A DNA stretch of 64,000 nt. It comes from Octopus vulgaris. Lineage: Eukaryota. Within the stretch, counting starts at the first letter, position 1. The number at the start of each line of letters is the position of its first letter. This document shows, one piece after another, positions 1-12,222 of this stretch. The stretch lies in contig OX597816.1 in NCBI GenBank assembly GCA_951406725.2, positions 171,306,001 to 171,370,000 on the forward strand, given 5' to 3'. The position numbers and the translations under genes were made by a program. The notes below the pieces were generated by a model. That model did not search any database and was not told the origin of the DNA. It saw only the letters and a program-made list of their open reading frames with translations.

Positions 1-154
1 GTAATCCAGTTGTCATCATCCTATCCTTCTCCAATAAGCAGAGAATGCTGGACATTATCCAACATGCCCTTTTGTGAGATGATAGGGTGTGAATTAAGGA
101 AAATTTGACTGCTGTTTCTAATAAATCAAGCAACTGTTTACACACTCACTCATA

Positions 155-156
<2 letters not shown>

Positions 157-199
<43 letters not shown>
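157..199. repeat. (GT)n microsatellite
   Basis: Perfect GT dinucleotide run. Confidence 0.95.
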
Positions 200-200
<1 letters not shown>

Positions 201-872
201 ATGCAGTCGTGCATGTGTGTAGTGACAATGGGGAATATTATAAGCCACCTCTTTGCAAAATTGGCTTTTAAGCAAATGGAGATCTATGTAGTGAACTACA
301 GATATGAAACAAGAAACAACATACACAAAAGTGATTAAGAACTTTATACATTTAGTGAAGTAAGTACAGAGCCAGTTGCATTAAGTTAAAAGAAAGGCAT
401 GGAGGTAGAGAGAGAGAGAAAGAGATCTTGTCAAATTGGATGTGATGATAAAGGAACATGATGCTGAGAAAAATATATCTGTAGGTAAGAATTTATAACA
501 AGAAAGAGCCCAAAGTGCTAGTCCTGATTGATTAAACAATGACATATTTGAACTGTTCAACAATATATAAATACAAGAGATGCAGGTTTAATTAATGATA
601 AAATGGTAATGATTTTATTTTTATTTCATGAAGTAAAAGATTTATTTATTTATAAGGAAAGCAGTTTGGATTTTCATGCATATAATATTTTCCAGCAGGT
701 TTCCTACAGAAGTTCTGTCTTGCTTCCTCTCTAAGTCAAAAAAACAAAATCCAGAATTGATTTTATTGACAATACTGGAATGTGAACTCAGAGCTATAGT
801 ATAATGCATGAAATCCAGCAACTTAGTATCTGGACAATCTTCAATACCCTGTAGATATCATATATATATATA

Positions 873-1092
873 TATTTCTTTACTGCCCACAAAGGGCTAA
901 ACATAGAGGGGACAAATAAGGGACTAAGTCGATTACATCGACCCCAGTGAGAAACTGGTACTTTATTTATCGACCCTGAAAGGATGAAAGGCAAAGTCGA
1001 CCTCGGCAGAATTTGAACTCACAACGTAACGACAGACGAAATACTGCTAAGCATTTCGCCCGGCGCGCTAACGTTTCTGCCAGCTTGCCGCC
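873..1092 (-). mobile_element. tRNA-derived SINE, family A
   Basis: Reverse complement of the element at 3271-3500 (GGCGGCGAGCTGGCAGAAACGTTAGC...GAGTTCAAATTC...GCCTTTCATCCTTTC...AATAAAGAAATA). Confidence 0.9.
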
Positions 1093-1746
1093 TTTTTATA
1101 TCATATATATCATATATATATATTAAAAAGAATCTTTTTTTTTTATATCTCAGCAATGCCAGTTACTATTTAGATGAACATCACAGTTCTCTGACAGAAA
1201 AGTCTATCAGTATTTGAACTCAGAAAATTGAGGCACTGAATTAGATAGAATAAATTATATGTGAATCACTTTAGTTATAGAAACTTCCATTAATATATAA
1301 TTTCCACTAGGAAACAAAAATAAAAATAAAACAATTTACCATTTTAGGTGAAGAAATAGAGTCATTATCTCCTCAATTATATCTCAAGGATAGAAATGAA
1401 ATACAAGGGAAGGATATTAACTGATCAGGAGTATATCAAATGGAAAAATATATTGAATTTATTCAGCTTTGATGGGAAAATGGTATGTAAGAAAGAATGA
1501 GGAAAGATTGAAGTGCAAATACATCAAATGAAAATATAGAATTTATGAATGTTAATGAATATACGATACTTATTTGTGTAGTAACTTGAATAAAATGATG
1601 CTAAAGGAAACAGAAGTGTCATGGCTACAAAAAATACAAAAAATACAACAAACAATCATGCAACTCACAAAAACATTATTTTTTAGCACTTAGCATAAGG
1701 TTAAGAAAGAAAAATTAATTCTGATGATAGATGTCTGTTGCTGCTT

Positions 1747-1949
1747 CTGATGATGATGATGATAATGATGAAGATGAAGATGATGAAGATGATGATGAAG
1801 AAGATGATGATGAAGAAGATGATGATGATGAAGATGATGATGATGAAGATGATGATGATGATGAAGAAGATGATGAAGAAGATGATGATGATGAAGAAGA
1901 TGATGATGATGATGAAGATGATGAAGAAGATGATGATGATGATGATGAT
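1747..1949. repeat. (GAT/GAA)n compound trinucleotide microsatellite
   Basis: ~200 bp of GAT interspersed with GAA; it generates the spurious poly-D/E, poly-H and poly-M/K ORFs. Confidence 0.95.
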
Positions 1950-2779
1950 AAAGTGGTGGTGATGCAGTTGATAGAGATAAAATGATCAAGAAGTAAATAT
2001 TACAAATGAAACATATTCCATAAAAATATAGATATAGAAAAAGAAAAATGCTTAGAAATACATGAAACCAGTTTACAATCTAAAACATCTATAACTGAGT
2101 GCAACTTGAAATATAAGATAAAAAAAAAAAGAAAAACTTAAAACTGACAAACAAACAGAACAACAGACATAGGAAATAATAACAAAAAAAAAACTGATAA
2201 AAGCCAAGGGACAGGGAACAGTGCAAGAATGCAATGCAAAATAGTGGGAGGAAGGTTACAAAGGAAACAGTAGCAATAACAACATCAACAAAGAAAAGGT
2301 CCACAATGGGGGGGGGGGGGGAAAGATGACCACCTTGGGCAAAGCAAGGAATGCTCACAGGTCTAAGATTGTTCTGGCTCCTAATTGTATTCCTCTTCCT
2401 ACAGACATATGGTGAGAATAAACTTATTAGCAGTGTTTGTACACTGCTAATAAGTTGATGGTTTCATTACAATTACAGGAATCTCAGATCAGCTCTGCTG
2501 TATCTGAACTTTATCTCGAACTGTAAATGCTTCCATCTCAGTAGCATTGTAAGGCCAGGAATTACTGGGTGTTATCCATAGTCTCCTGGCTGAAAGAGAC
2601 ACCAGGAACAAACCAACCAGTAGATTAACAGTGATGCTAAGTTTCCCCAAGAAAATCATTGCTCTAACAGTCTTCTAGAGAAAGCTAATGTAGCAGTTCC
2701 ACCAGTCATATTGTCTTACAGGACTACAAGTACCTGATAGCATTTCAGACATCATACGCCAAGGTGAGGTTTAGAAGTA

Positions 2780-3965
2780 CTCAGTTTACATCAACCCCAG
2801 TATTTGACTCACTACTTTTATTTTATCAATACCAAAAGCATGAATGGCAAAAGTGACCTCAACAATATTTGAACTCAGGACATAAAGGGCCAGAAGAAAT
2901 GCTGCGAAGCATTTTGTCTAATGCATTAATGATTCTGACAGTTTACCATTTTTGCTTCAAATTTTGGCATGACACCATTTTTTAAGGGGACGTAGTTATT
3001 CAGTTACACCAACCCCAGTATTTGACTGGTACTTTATTTTATTGACCCTAGTGAGATAAAATTCAAAACTGACATTGGCAAGTTTTGAACTTGCAAGATA
3101 AAGCCAAAAGGGACACTGCAAAGCAATTTTTCTGATTCTCTAACAATTCTACCAGCTTGCCACCTAATAATAATATTGGTTCCAAATTTTGGCACAAGGC
3201 TGACAATTTCAAGGGAGTGGATAAGTTAATCAGACTGACTTCAGTGCTCAAATGGTATTTATTTTATCAAGGCGGCGAGCTGGCAGAAACGTTAGCACGC
3301 CGGGCGAAATGCTTAGCGGTATTTCGTTTGCGTTACGTTGTGAGTTCAATTTTTGCTGAGGTCGACTTTGCCTTTCATCCTTTCGGGGTCGATAAATTAA
3401 GTACCAGTTACGCAGTGGGGTCGATGTAATCGACTTAATACCTATGTCTGTCCTTGTTTGTCCCCTCTGTGTTTAGCCCCTTGTGGGTAATAAAGAAATA
3501 GGTATTTATTTTATCAACCCCAAAAGGATGGAAGGCAAAGTTGGCCTCAGCAAAAATTGAACTTGGAACACAAAGACAGGAGAAATGCCACTAAGCATTT
3601 TGCCCAGCATGCTAATGCTTCTGCTATCTTGCTGCCTTAATAATAATAAACCTTTGTACTAAATTTGGGGAGGGGAGCAGTCAATTACGCTGACCCCAGT
3701 ATTTCACAGGCACTTAATTTATTGAACCCAAAAGAATGAAAGACAAAGTTTACCTCGGTTCTACTAAAGGCACGAGGCCTGAAATTTGGTGGGGAGAGGA
3801 CTAGTTGATAAGAACAGCCTGTATTTCACTGGTACTTAATTTATTCATCCCCAAAAAGATGAAAGACAAAAACCAATCTCAGTGAAATTTGAATGAAGAA
3901 TGTAGCAGCAGACAAAATGCAGGTAAGCATTTTGTCCAGCATGCTAATGATTCTGCCAGCTCAAT
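2780..3965 (-). mobile_element. Cluster of old, diverged family-A-related SINE fragments
   Basis: Repeated degenerate 'accccag...ggtact..attttat..accc..aaaggatgaaaggcaaagt..acctc' motifs near 2795, 3012, 3235/3518, 3695 and 3830. Confidence 0.75.
3271..3500 (+). mobile_element. tRNA-derived SINE, family A, full length with 17-bp TSD
   Basis: A/B-box-like head. Flanked by direct repeat ggtatttattttatcaa (3254-3270 and 3501-3517). Nested inside an older antisense copy. Confidence 0.92.
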
Positions 3966-3983
3966 ACCTTAATGATGATGATG

Positions 3984-4035
<52 letters not shown>

Positions 4036-4036
<1 letters not shown>

Positions 4037-4903
4037 TCATGGCTTCTGATCTTAACTGATTGGAAGTGTCATCATGTACATTGTCTTGGTATAAAAGATG
4101 GGCTACAGCAAATATTCTGCTCAATACCACAGATTTGCTTGTCAGTTGTTTGACCTTAACCAGTTGAGCATGTCCCTTAGTGGCTGACGATATATGCATC
4201 TCTGCTCACAAACGGAAGTAGTGGGGGAGCATCATAGCCATGTGTTGAGAGGGATTCTTTGGGGTTTGAATAATTCACTTCTGGGAACATGGGTGTTTCA
4301 TCCTTAAACAATCCTTATTCAGGGACCTTTTGAGCAGAATGGGTTACTCGACCAGAAGAAAATTCTAACTGGGCCCCACCTGCAAAGTCATGTGCTGCTA
4401 ATCTTGATATGAGATCACCATGTCGCGCACATATGGTTGTGATGCATGTGCGTAGTGTACCCTTATCAGACGGGTAGTCATGATGGGTATACTGGGCTTC
4501 GTATATTTGTACCCTAGTGTCACTTTGATGGCATGCACTGCTCTCTCACTCAATAATAATAATAATAATAATAATAGTGAGGGAGCATCATAGCCGTGTG
4601 TTGAAACGAACTCTTGAGGGTTTGAATAATTTCCTTCTGGAAACATGGGTGGTTCGTTCAACATCCTTAAACAATCCTTATTCAGGGACCTTTTGAGCAG
4701 AATGGGTTACTCGACCAGAAGAAAATTCTAACTGGGCCCCACCTGCGAAGTCATGTGCTGCTAATCTTGATATGAGATCACCAGGTCGCGCACATATGGT
4801 TGTGATGCATGTGCCTTGTGTACCCTTATCAGACGGGGATATACTGGGCTTCATATATTTGTACCCCAGTGTCACTTTGATGGCATGCACTGCTCTCTCA
4901 CTC

Positions 4904-4934
<31 letters not shown>

Positions 4935-4950
4935 GTAATAATAATAATAG
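4036..4950 (+). mobile_element. Retroposon 3' end with (AAT)n tail in a (TAA)n microsatellite, partial tandem copy at 4577-4950
   Basis: Sequence 4218-4576 is repeated at 4577-4950; both copies end ...ctctctcactc(aat)n. A (TAA)n run lies upstream at 3985-4035. No coding sequence, so the clade is not established. Confidence 0.65.
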
Positions 4951-5671
4951 TGTTGCTTTGGACACAAGTGGAAGCTTCGAGACAAGGGGTTTAGTCAATG
5001 CCATCCACTGATTCTTCATTTCATCAACCCTAGAGGGATGAAAAGCAAAGTTAACCTCAGTGAGATTTGGATTTGGAACATAATGAACAAAAAAAGACAA
5101 GGCATAAATAAATTCTGTTGGATGCATTTGCATACAATTGATAAATGACATTAAACCTTTTGGAAATATATATGTTACTTCACAACAATGTGTTTTTAGG
5201 CTGGTAACACATTTCCAAACAGCAGGTCTTCATTTATGTCAAATCAGCAAGTTACTATTAATTCAGAATCCTGATTGCTGCAATGCATCAGAACCCACTT
5301 AAAACATCCATAAAATCTTTTAAGCATCATGCTGCAAATCACATTTTTGCTCACATGCAAAAGAAATATTTTTAACATACTAAAATTATATGTTGTTGAT
5401 AAAAGGAATTTTCCCTTTTGTAGTTTTTTTTTTTTTTTTTTTTCTAACACAAGACTGGGATATTTATCTTATTGCTTTACCAGCCAACAACACCTCATAG
5501 AAGGGAATTCTGCAGCATCCTATTTAAGTTACGCTTCATTAACAAAAATCAATTGCATTAGAGCAAACTTTTTCTAACAAAAAATCAAACTTTAATATAA
5601 TGAAGTCTGACATTTAAAATCTGTGACTATTTTCTCTTTGTATGCACAACATTGGAAGGAATTTGATCTTG

Positions 5672-6180
5672 ACCATTTAGTATTTAAACCAGCCATCATC
5701 ATCATCATCATCATTTAGCGTCCGCTTTCCATGCCAGCATGGGTTGGACAGTTCAACTGGGGTCTGGGAAGCCAGAAGGCTGCATCAGGCCCAGTCTGAT
5801 CTGGCAGTGTTTCTACAGCTGGATGCCCTTCCTAGTGCCAACCACTCCGCTTTTTACGTGCCACCCGCACAGGTGCCAGACGGAGCTGGCAAACAGCCAC
5901 GGATGGATGATGCTTTTTATGTGCCACCGGCACGGGGGCCAGGCGAGGCTGGCAACGGCCACGATCGGATGGTGCTTTTTACGTGCCACAGCCATATTTG
6001 GTCAAAACGTTCTACCTGTTTTATGTTCAAACAAGCCAGATCCAGCCTCACGCACCTACCCTACAATGTCATTCTAAAAATAATCACGTCATCAAAATCT
6101 CAGAGCTATGAGATTAATTCACAACAATGTGAATGAGCATTGCATTTGCCAGAGTAGTGCGAATGCCAAAACTGTTCAAT
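5672..6180 (-). mobile_element. Degraded piggyBac-type MITE (family 2) interrupted by an RTE 3'-UTR insertion
   Basis: 5672-5697 and 5989-6120 match the reverse complement of the MITE at 29902-30122; cagccat is duplicated around the insert. Confidence 0.7.
5695..5988 (-). mobile_element. RTE LINE 3'-UTR-only copy (family C)
   Basis: Matches 37358-37600, the 3' UTR of the RTE element; (TGA)n tail on the minus strand. Confidence 0.88.
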
Positions 6181-6226
6181 TTAAAGAGAAGAAAAAACAG
6201 GATAAAACTTATTCTAGAATTGATAA

Positions 6227-6624
6227 TCTTTATATATAAAAGTGAGGTTGTGTGCTGTCTGTCTCCTACAATTTAGATTCCTAACTACTCCCACATTTTG
6301 CGGTGCAGTTTAACCAAAACCGGGTATCTTATAGTCGTGATTCATATCGAGCCCTTCTGGGTATTAGCACGTGTCTATGATGAGTCTACGATTTAAAAAA
6401 AAATTTACCATCAATTTTTCCCATTTTTAATGCATTTTTGGCATATATAAGGGAAGTAACTCTCTAAAAATTTATTATTAAATCTCAGAACGTAAAAAGC
6501 TACAGTAACACCACCCCCCTTTGTGGTTAGCCATATTGAGATGGCTATTATACTTTACATCTCTAAAAATGCTTATATAGTTATTTCCCTTACAAACCCG
6601 AGCAACGCCAGGCGATATTGCTAG
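6227..6624 (+). mobile_element. Non-autonomous Helitron
   Basis: Starts TC after A, ends CTAG before T; subterminal hairpin cccgagcaacgccagg; no TSD. Near-identical copy at 25994-26391. Confidence 0.88.
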
Positions 6625-7688
6625 TCATAAATATAAAATTGTTCTTTTGTTTCTAGAAGTGAATCATTAGGACTCTTTCATTGTTTTAATAGACAAAATA
6701 AAAAATCTTTTAGAAAATAAACAATTTTCAAAAGAGAATGAGTGAAAAGGAAGTCAATATGCTAAAGCAGTGTAATTCAGAAATACATTACAACAACAAT
6801 AAACTAAATTACTAATATTGTATTCTTTCTTCATTATTTCATTCAACTGCTAATGTGATGTACTCATTAGCTATATCATAGACAAAGTTAATAAAATTGC
6901 ACACCTACACACAAAACACAAATACATGCAGAATTGATTTCATGCTATTTGCACAAGGTTTAAACCATGCACCAACATATTAATGAAAAGTCATGAGTCT
7001 TATGCTAAGTTTTAGGGGATTTTTTGGTTTTCTTATCTAACCATTTAATTTTATTTATTTTTTTTTAATATTCGCTGACAAAATCAATTATAAGTCAATA
7101 AATCTTTCTCCGAGTGATCAGTAATTAGTGAAAAAAAATCTACTTAAACACAGCCAGTGATGACAAAGCATCAGCTACAGGAGTTGAGCAGTTACTCATA
7201 TTATAGTTATAATTAGCAATAATAGTTAATATTTACAGTTTAACAATATGTAATAAATAAAATATAATAAGGCTTTTCACTCCACATGTTGAACAATCAT
7301 GTTTAAGTATTTGTTAAGGAAGAAGGCTAACTTTGAAGACCAATTTACTTTTGAAAATAAACTTATCAGGTGAAAAGATAATTAAAAATAGTAGCAAAGA
7401 CTTATGCCACAGAATTTAGTTTACATAATTCAAAATTTCTACACAAGTGAAGTGCTTCAAATCCAGAAAAAATATAGAAACTAGAAGCTACATTGAAAAC
7501 CAACGACAACATGGAAGTGCAGTGTGAAATATAAAGTGGATTCAGTGAAGAAGATAAAGTACAAAATAAAGTGGTAGTGGGAGGAGTGTCAAGTAGAACA
7601 ATAAAAAGCATGCAAAGGTCAAGGGAAAAGAAATGATGCGGAGCACATCCGCTGACACGCATGTGAGTACTAAGAGCTTCTTGCCGTA

Positions 7689-7738
7689 CTAACATCGTTT
7701 CCACCTGTAGTCGTATTCGTCTTCAGAATGGGAGCGCT
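7689..7738 (-). CDS. Candidate terminal coding exon of the minus-strand host gene (E-RSHSEDEYDYRWKRC*), followed by AT-rich putative 3' UTR
   Basis: Acceptor tgttttcccttctacag on the minus strand; CpG-rich unique sequence; in frame with the phase-1 end of exon 28822-29026. Confidence 0.55.
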
Positions 7739-9021
7739 CTGTAGAAGGGAAAACATGGAAGAGGAAAACAAAAAAATATCAAAATATTATTTTAGTAAAG
7801 CTTATTTAATAAAATATGGAAGAAAGAATACACGCCACACACACACTCACATACAGGATTAAAAAAATATTTAATATGGAAAATGATAAAAAAAATAACA
7901 ATGGAAAAGGCATTAACTAGATTACCACAAAGAACAACTTGAAGTCATTTAACATTGACAGGAAACATTCTTAATGCTAAAAGCTGATTTGACCAGTGAG
8001 AATAAGAGCTCTATAACATTAGGTGGGTTTACTCGATTTTTTTTAACAGTGCCAATTATTTGCTAAGGAACTATATAGCAGTTATGGGATTGTTCTATAC
8101 TAAATCATGCAAAACAAATTGTACAGATGCTGTCTAAACCAAAAATGATGAAAGCCTCTTCTAATTCCCTTTGTTGGTTTCAAGCCGTGCAATCTCAAGT
8201 AGGCATAATTACAATTTGGAAAAATCTAATATTTTATAGCTGTAACAATCTGTACGAAACAGCACTAATTTATGGGAAAAGCTTGGAGATTAAACTCCAA
8301 TCTTCCCCCAAAAACAAGCAAATTCAATTGACAGATATCACTGACATAGAATTGTCGAGCAATAAAGTAAAGTACCTGTATATGATGTGATTAATTGACT
8401 GAATGCTTAACAATGACAGTCTTTTTATGTTTATGAATATATGATGAGTTTAGTTGAGATGAAAGTAATTAGCTTACGATTAATTATCAGCAAGGCTATA
8501 TTCATTAATTTTTACCAATGTTCAGAAGCATAAGTCTCTCTGTCTACACAGGTCTAAAGTACAACTCGTGATAATTTCAATTTCAATAGGGTTTCTGAAT
8601 CATTCTGGATTGGTAACTAGACTGAGGAAGTCAACAAAACTAGTAAAAAAAAAGTTTTCTTAAATACAAAGTGAAGAAAAAATATTAGGCAGGGAGGAGA
8701 GAAAAAAAGCAAAAATAAAAAATGCTAAAGAATGAATATTGCATATAGGTCAATGTTTGGTCAAGAAAACAATGATGCTTTCACATAATTCCTGTATGTA
8801 GTAAATGGACTGACAAAGAATGTTAACGAGTCAATTGGAATTTATGTAGAAAAATTTTTAACTTTCTATGAAATGTATTGGATGGCGTGTGTAGGAGTAA
8901 ATTATATATTAAAAAAAAAAAAAAGGAAAAAATTGTATGCTTTTATGTAAGAAAAAATACCTACAATGAGGTTATATTTATAAATTCCCCACAGCAATCA
9001 ACTGGTTAGTAATAGAATAAA

Positions 9022-10179
9022 TCTATATATATAAAGCTGAAGTTGTCTGTGTGTGTGTGTGGCAGGTTTGGTAGCCTTCAACTAACACTATCTCCTCCAA
9101 GACCCTGCAGCACAAGTTGACCAAAATTGAGAGTATGATAAAAGAAGGCTTGCTCTTCCTTCCGTAGAAGAAAAAATTCAAATCAGACCATGTTAAGACC
9201 AAAAATTATTTACATCAGAAAGGAGCTTTTTTTTCTATGAAAATCCCGATTTTTTACGATTTTTTTACTGCTGTGTCGCCATCTTTCGGTGTATTTCAAC
9301 CAGAAAAATGTTCACTTACGGAGAATAACAAGCTACATAATGCAAAATTTTTACTTTTAAAAAATTCCAATTCTAAAAGGTCGAATGACAGATCAGCTGA
9401 TCCAATGCTGAGGAGTAATGATCACTGCATGAATGCACTTTTACTAATAAATTATAAGTATACTTATCTTTTCTAGAACATATGTGAAACCGCCTTGAAT
9501 GACCAATGCTAAATCAGTGTCCTTGTAATACTGTGCATAAAGGTATTTTGTACATGATTAATATTCTCCATCATTGGAGCTGCGGTCTTCTGTTCAGTAT
9601 CTTGGGCAACAAAAGTAGGAGTAACGTTTATGCTTCGTTCATTACTCTGATGAAGTTCACGCTGAACTCGAAACTCTTGCTTAGATTAGCTCATGCTGCG
9701 CATCATTCTCAGCATCTCTTGCAGCTGTAGCTTTTCGGTGAAGACGAAGTCTACACCGATTATTTTTGTCTGCAGCTTGTACATCTGCATTAATCGTTGC
9801 ATTTCCTTCATTCTGATGTCGAACATTTTCGTTAATCAGCGCCGCCTGTGGGAATGCAGTTGCTGAGGCATAACTGCTGCCTTTAATCAATGTCTTGTCA
9901 TCATTCTCAGTCGAATGAGAAGATGCAATGGTAACGGCATTCCTTTTTAGGAATTTACCATAATTTTTTCCATTTTAATGCATTTTTTTCGCTATTATAT
10001 AAGGGAAGTAACTCTCTAAAAATGTCTACGATGAGTCAACGATCTTTTAAAAAATTTACCATCATTTTTTTTCCATTTTTAATGCATTTTTTTTTGGCTA
10101 TTTTTGGCTATAACTCTCTAAAAATGCTTATATAGTTATTTCCCTTACGAACCCGAGCAACGCCGGGCGATACTGCTAG
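9022..10179 (+). mobile_element. Non-autonomous Helitron, longer variant with ~0.5 kb extra internal sequence
   Basis: A|TC start; 3' end cccgagcaacgccgggcgatactgCTAG|T, as in the other copies. Internal 9480-9945 is not shared with them. Confidence 0.82.
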
Positions 10180-11034
10180 TATTACATAAATGTAAACCTT
10201 AAGTATATTTAATTCAATATAAGAATTATTAAATTACTAAATATCATTTAAAAAAAACTCTGAAATAAACTATGTTTTTTTTTTTTTCCAGGAAATAAAT
10301 ACATAAAAAGACAATTATAGAAAATTTCACGTACTAGATAAATTAGGAAGGAGCTAACAAAACTGCCATGTCACACTAACAGGAACAATATGTATAAAAT
10401 CATGCTTATGGTCAAAATGAAAAGAACATATAAATAAATAAATTATATATAAATAAAAAAAATATCTTAAAAAATAAGAATAAGATATATAGCACATAAC
10501 AAAGTCAAACTATATCCTACAACACAATCTCAAATATCTAATTTATTACCAATGTGTGTACATAGAAACACATTTGTACATGTATATACACATATTCAGG
10601 TGTGTGTATATAACTGTGTATTGTTTACACATGTATGTGCATGTGTGTGTTTGTACATATGTATGCCAAAGCAACCTGTCACCACCCACTTCTACACAAA
10701 GGGTTATTCCCTCACCCTTACGGTGTGTGTCAAGGCTACATAGCATGGATCCAAACATTCAATAAAATGGAAAAGACATTTTGCAATGAATCTTGGAACC
10801 AACAAATTTAAACAAATATTTCTCCTTCACTCCTCCCATTTTTACTCTTCAGTTCCCCACTCAACTTCAATTACTCTCCACCTCATCTGCTTATTTCCCA
10901 CACTTCGTTTCTCATTCATTTTCCCTCTAACTCCTACTTTTTTCTCCTACTACTTCCTATCTACGTATGCAAGCTTACACTGTCTTGCATTTCCTCATCA
11001 TATACATACATATCCATATATCTATACATATACA

Positions 11035-11066
<32 letters not shown>

Positions 11067-11119
11067 GTATATGTGTATATATGTATATGTGTGTGTATGT
11101 ATATGTGTGTGTATGTATA

Positions 11120-11168
<49 letters not shown>

Positions 11169-11547
11169 GTGCATGCACACAGATACATATTTATATGCAA
11201 AGTGTATTCAAAAGATACCCAACTTTATCTTATCCCACCAAAACTAATGCCACATGAGCAAAATACTTTGGGCAGGAGGTTATGCCACCCTTCTGCACAT
11301 GTGAAAAAATTTTCATGTCTATCTACCAAATTCACTCAGAAGGTTTAGTCAACTCAAGGCTGTAATATAAGATGCTTGCTCAAATTGTCATGCAACCACT
11401 TGGTTGCAAAACAATATTCATAACCACATAACTTATATATATATATACACATACACACATCACTGGTGGGTCCCAGCATGGCCACAGCCTTAGGGCTGCA
11501 ACATGTAAAAGAAAGAAGGGAATACATAAACACATACACACTTTACA

Positions 11548-11593
<46 letters not shown>

Positions 11594-11862
11594 AAAAATA
11601 ATGTGTCTTGAATGGCACAACAATGCACTATAATAACAACAATGGACTTATAATAACTGTTATAATTTAATTATCCATAATGTGATATAATATTTTGGAA
11701 TATAAAAATTCCTTCTTCAGATATCCCTAAGAATTGATCGAGTCACTGCTATAATCAGTTTTCCAATGTTTTTTGGGGGGTTTTTTCAGCCAGAAGTGTC
11801 TCTGCAGTGGTGTCACAAAGCTCCTGGAATTCCTGAGAAGTGCGTGAGGGCAGCCATATCTG

Positions 11863-12087
11863 TTTCTTTATTACCCACAAGGGGCTAAACATAGAGGGGA
11901 CAAACAAGGACAGACAAATGGATTAAGTGGATTACATCGACCTCAGTGCGTAACTGGTACTTAATTTATCGACCCCGAAAGGATGAAAGGCAAAGTCGAC
12001 CTCGGCGGAATTTGAACTCAGAACGCAACGACAGACGCAATACCGCTAAGCATTTCGCCCGGCGTGCTAACATTTCTGCCAGCTCGC
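11863..12087 (-). mobile_element. tRNA-derived SINE, family A
   Basis: Reverse complement of 3271-3500. Confidence 0.9.
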
Positions 12088-12222
12088 AAGCACGTGTGTG
12101 CTGGCACATCTGTAGCGCTGCTTCTTCTAAGATATGTATTATACATGCAGTTTCCTTCTTTTATTTCTTTGTTCTTTTTTTTTCTAAATAATACATGAGC
12201 ATGTTATCAAAAATGAACCTAC

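Noticed and set aside
1690-1989. Poly-Asp/Glu (acidic biomineral-like) or poly-His ORF
   Set aside because: A pure GAT/GAA microsatellite with no signal peptide, splice context or unique flanking coding sequence.
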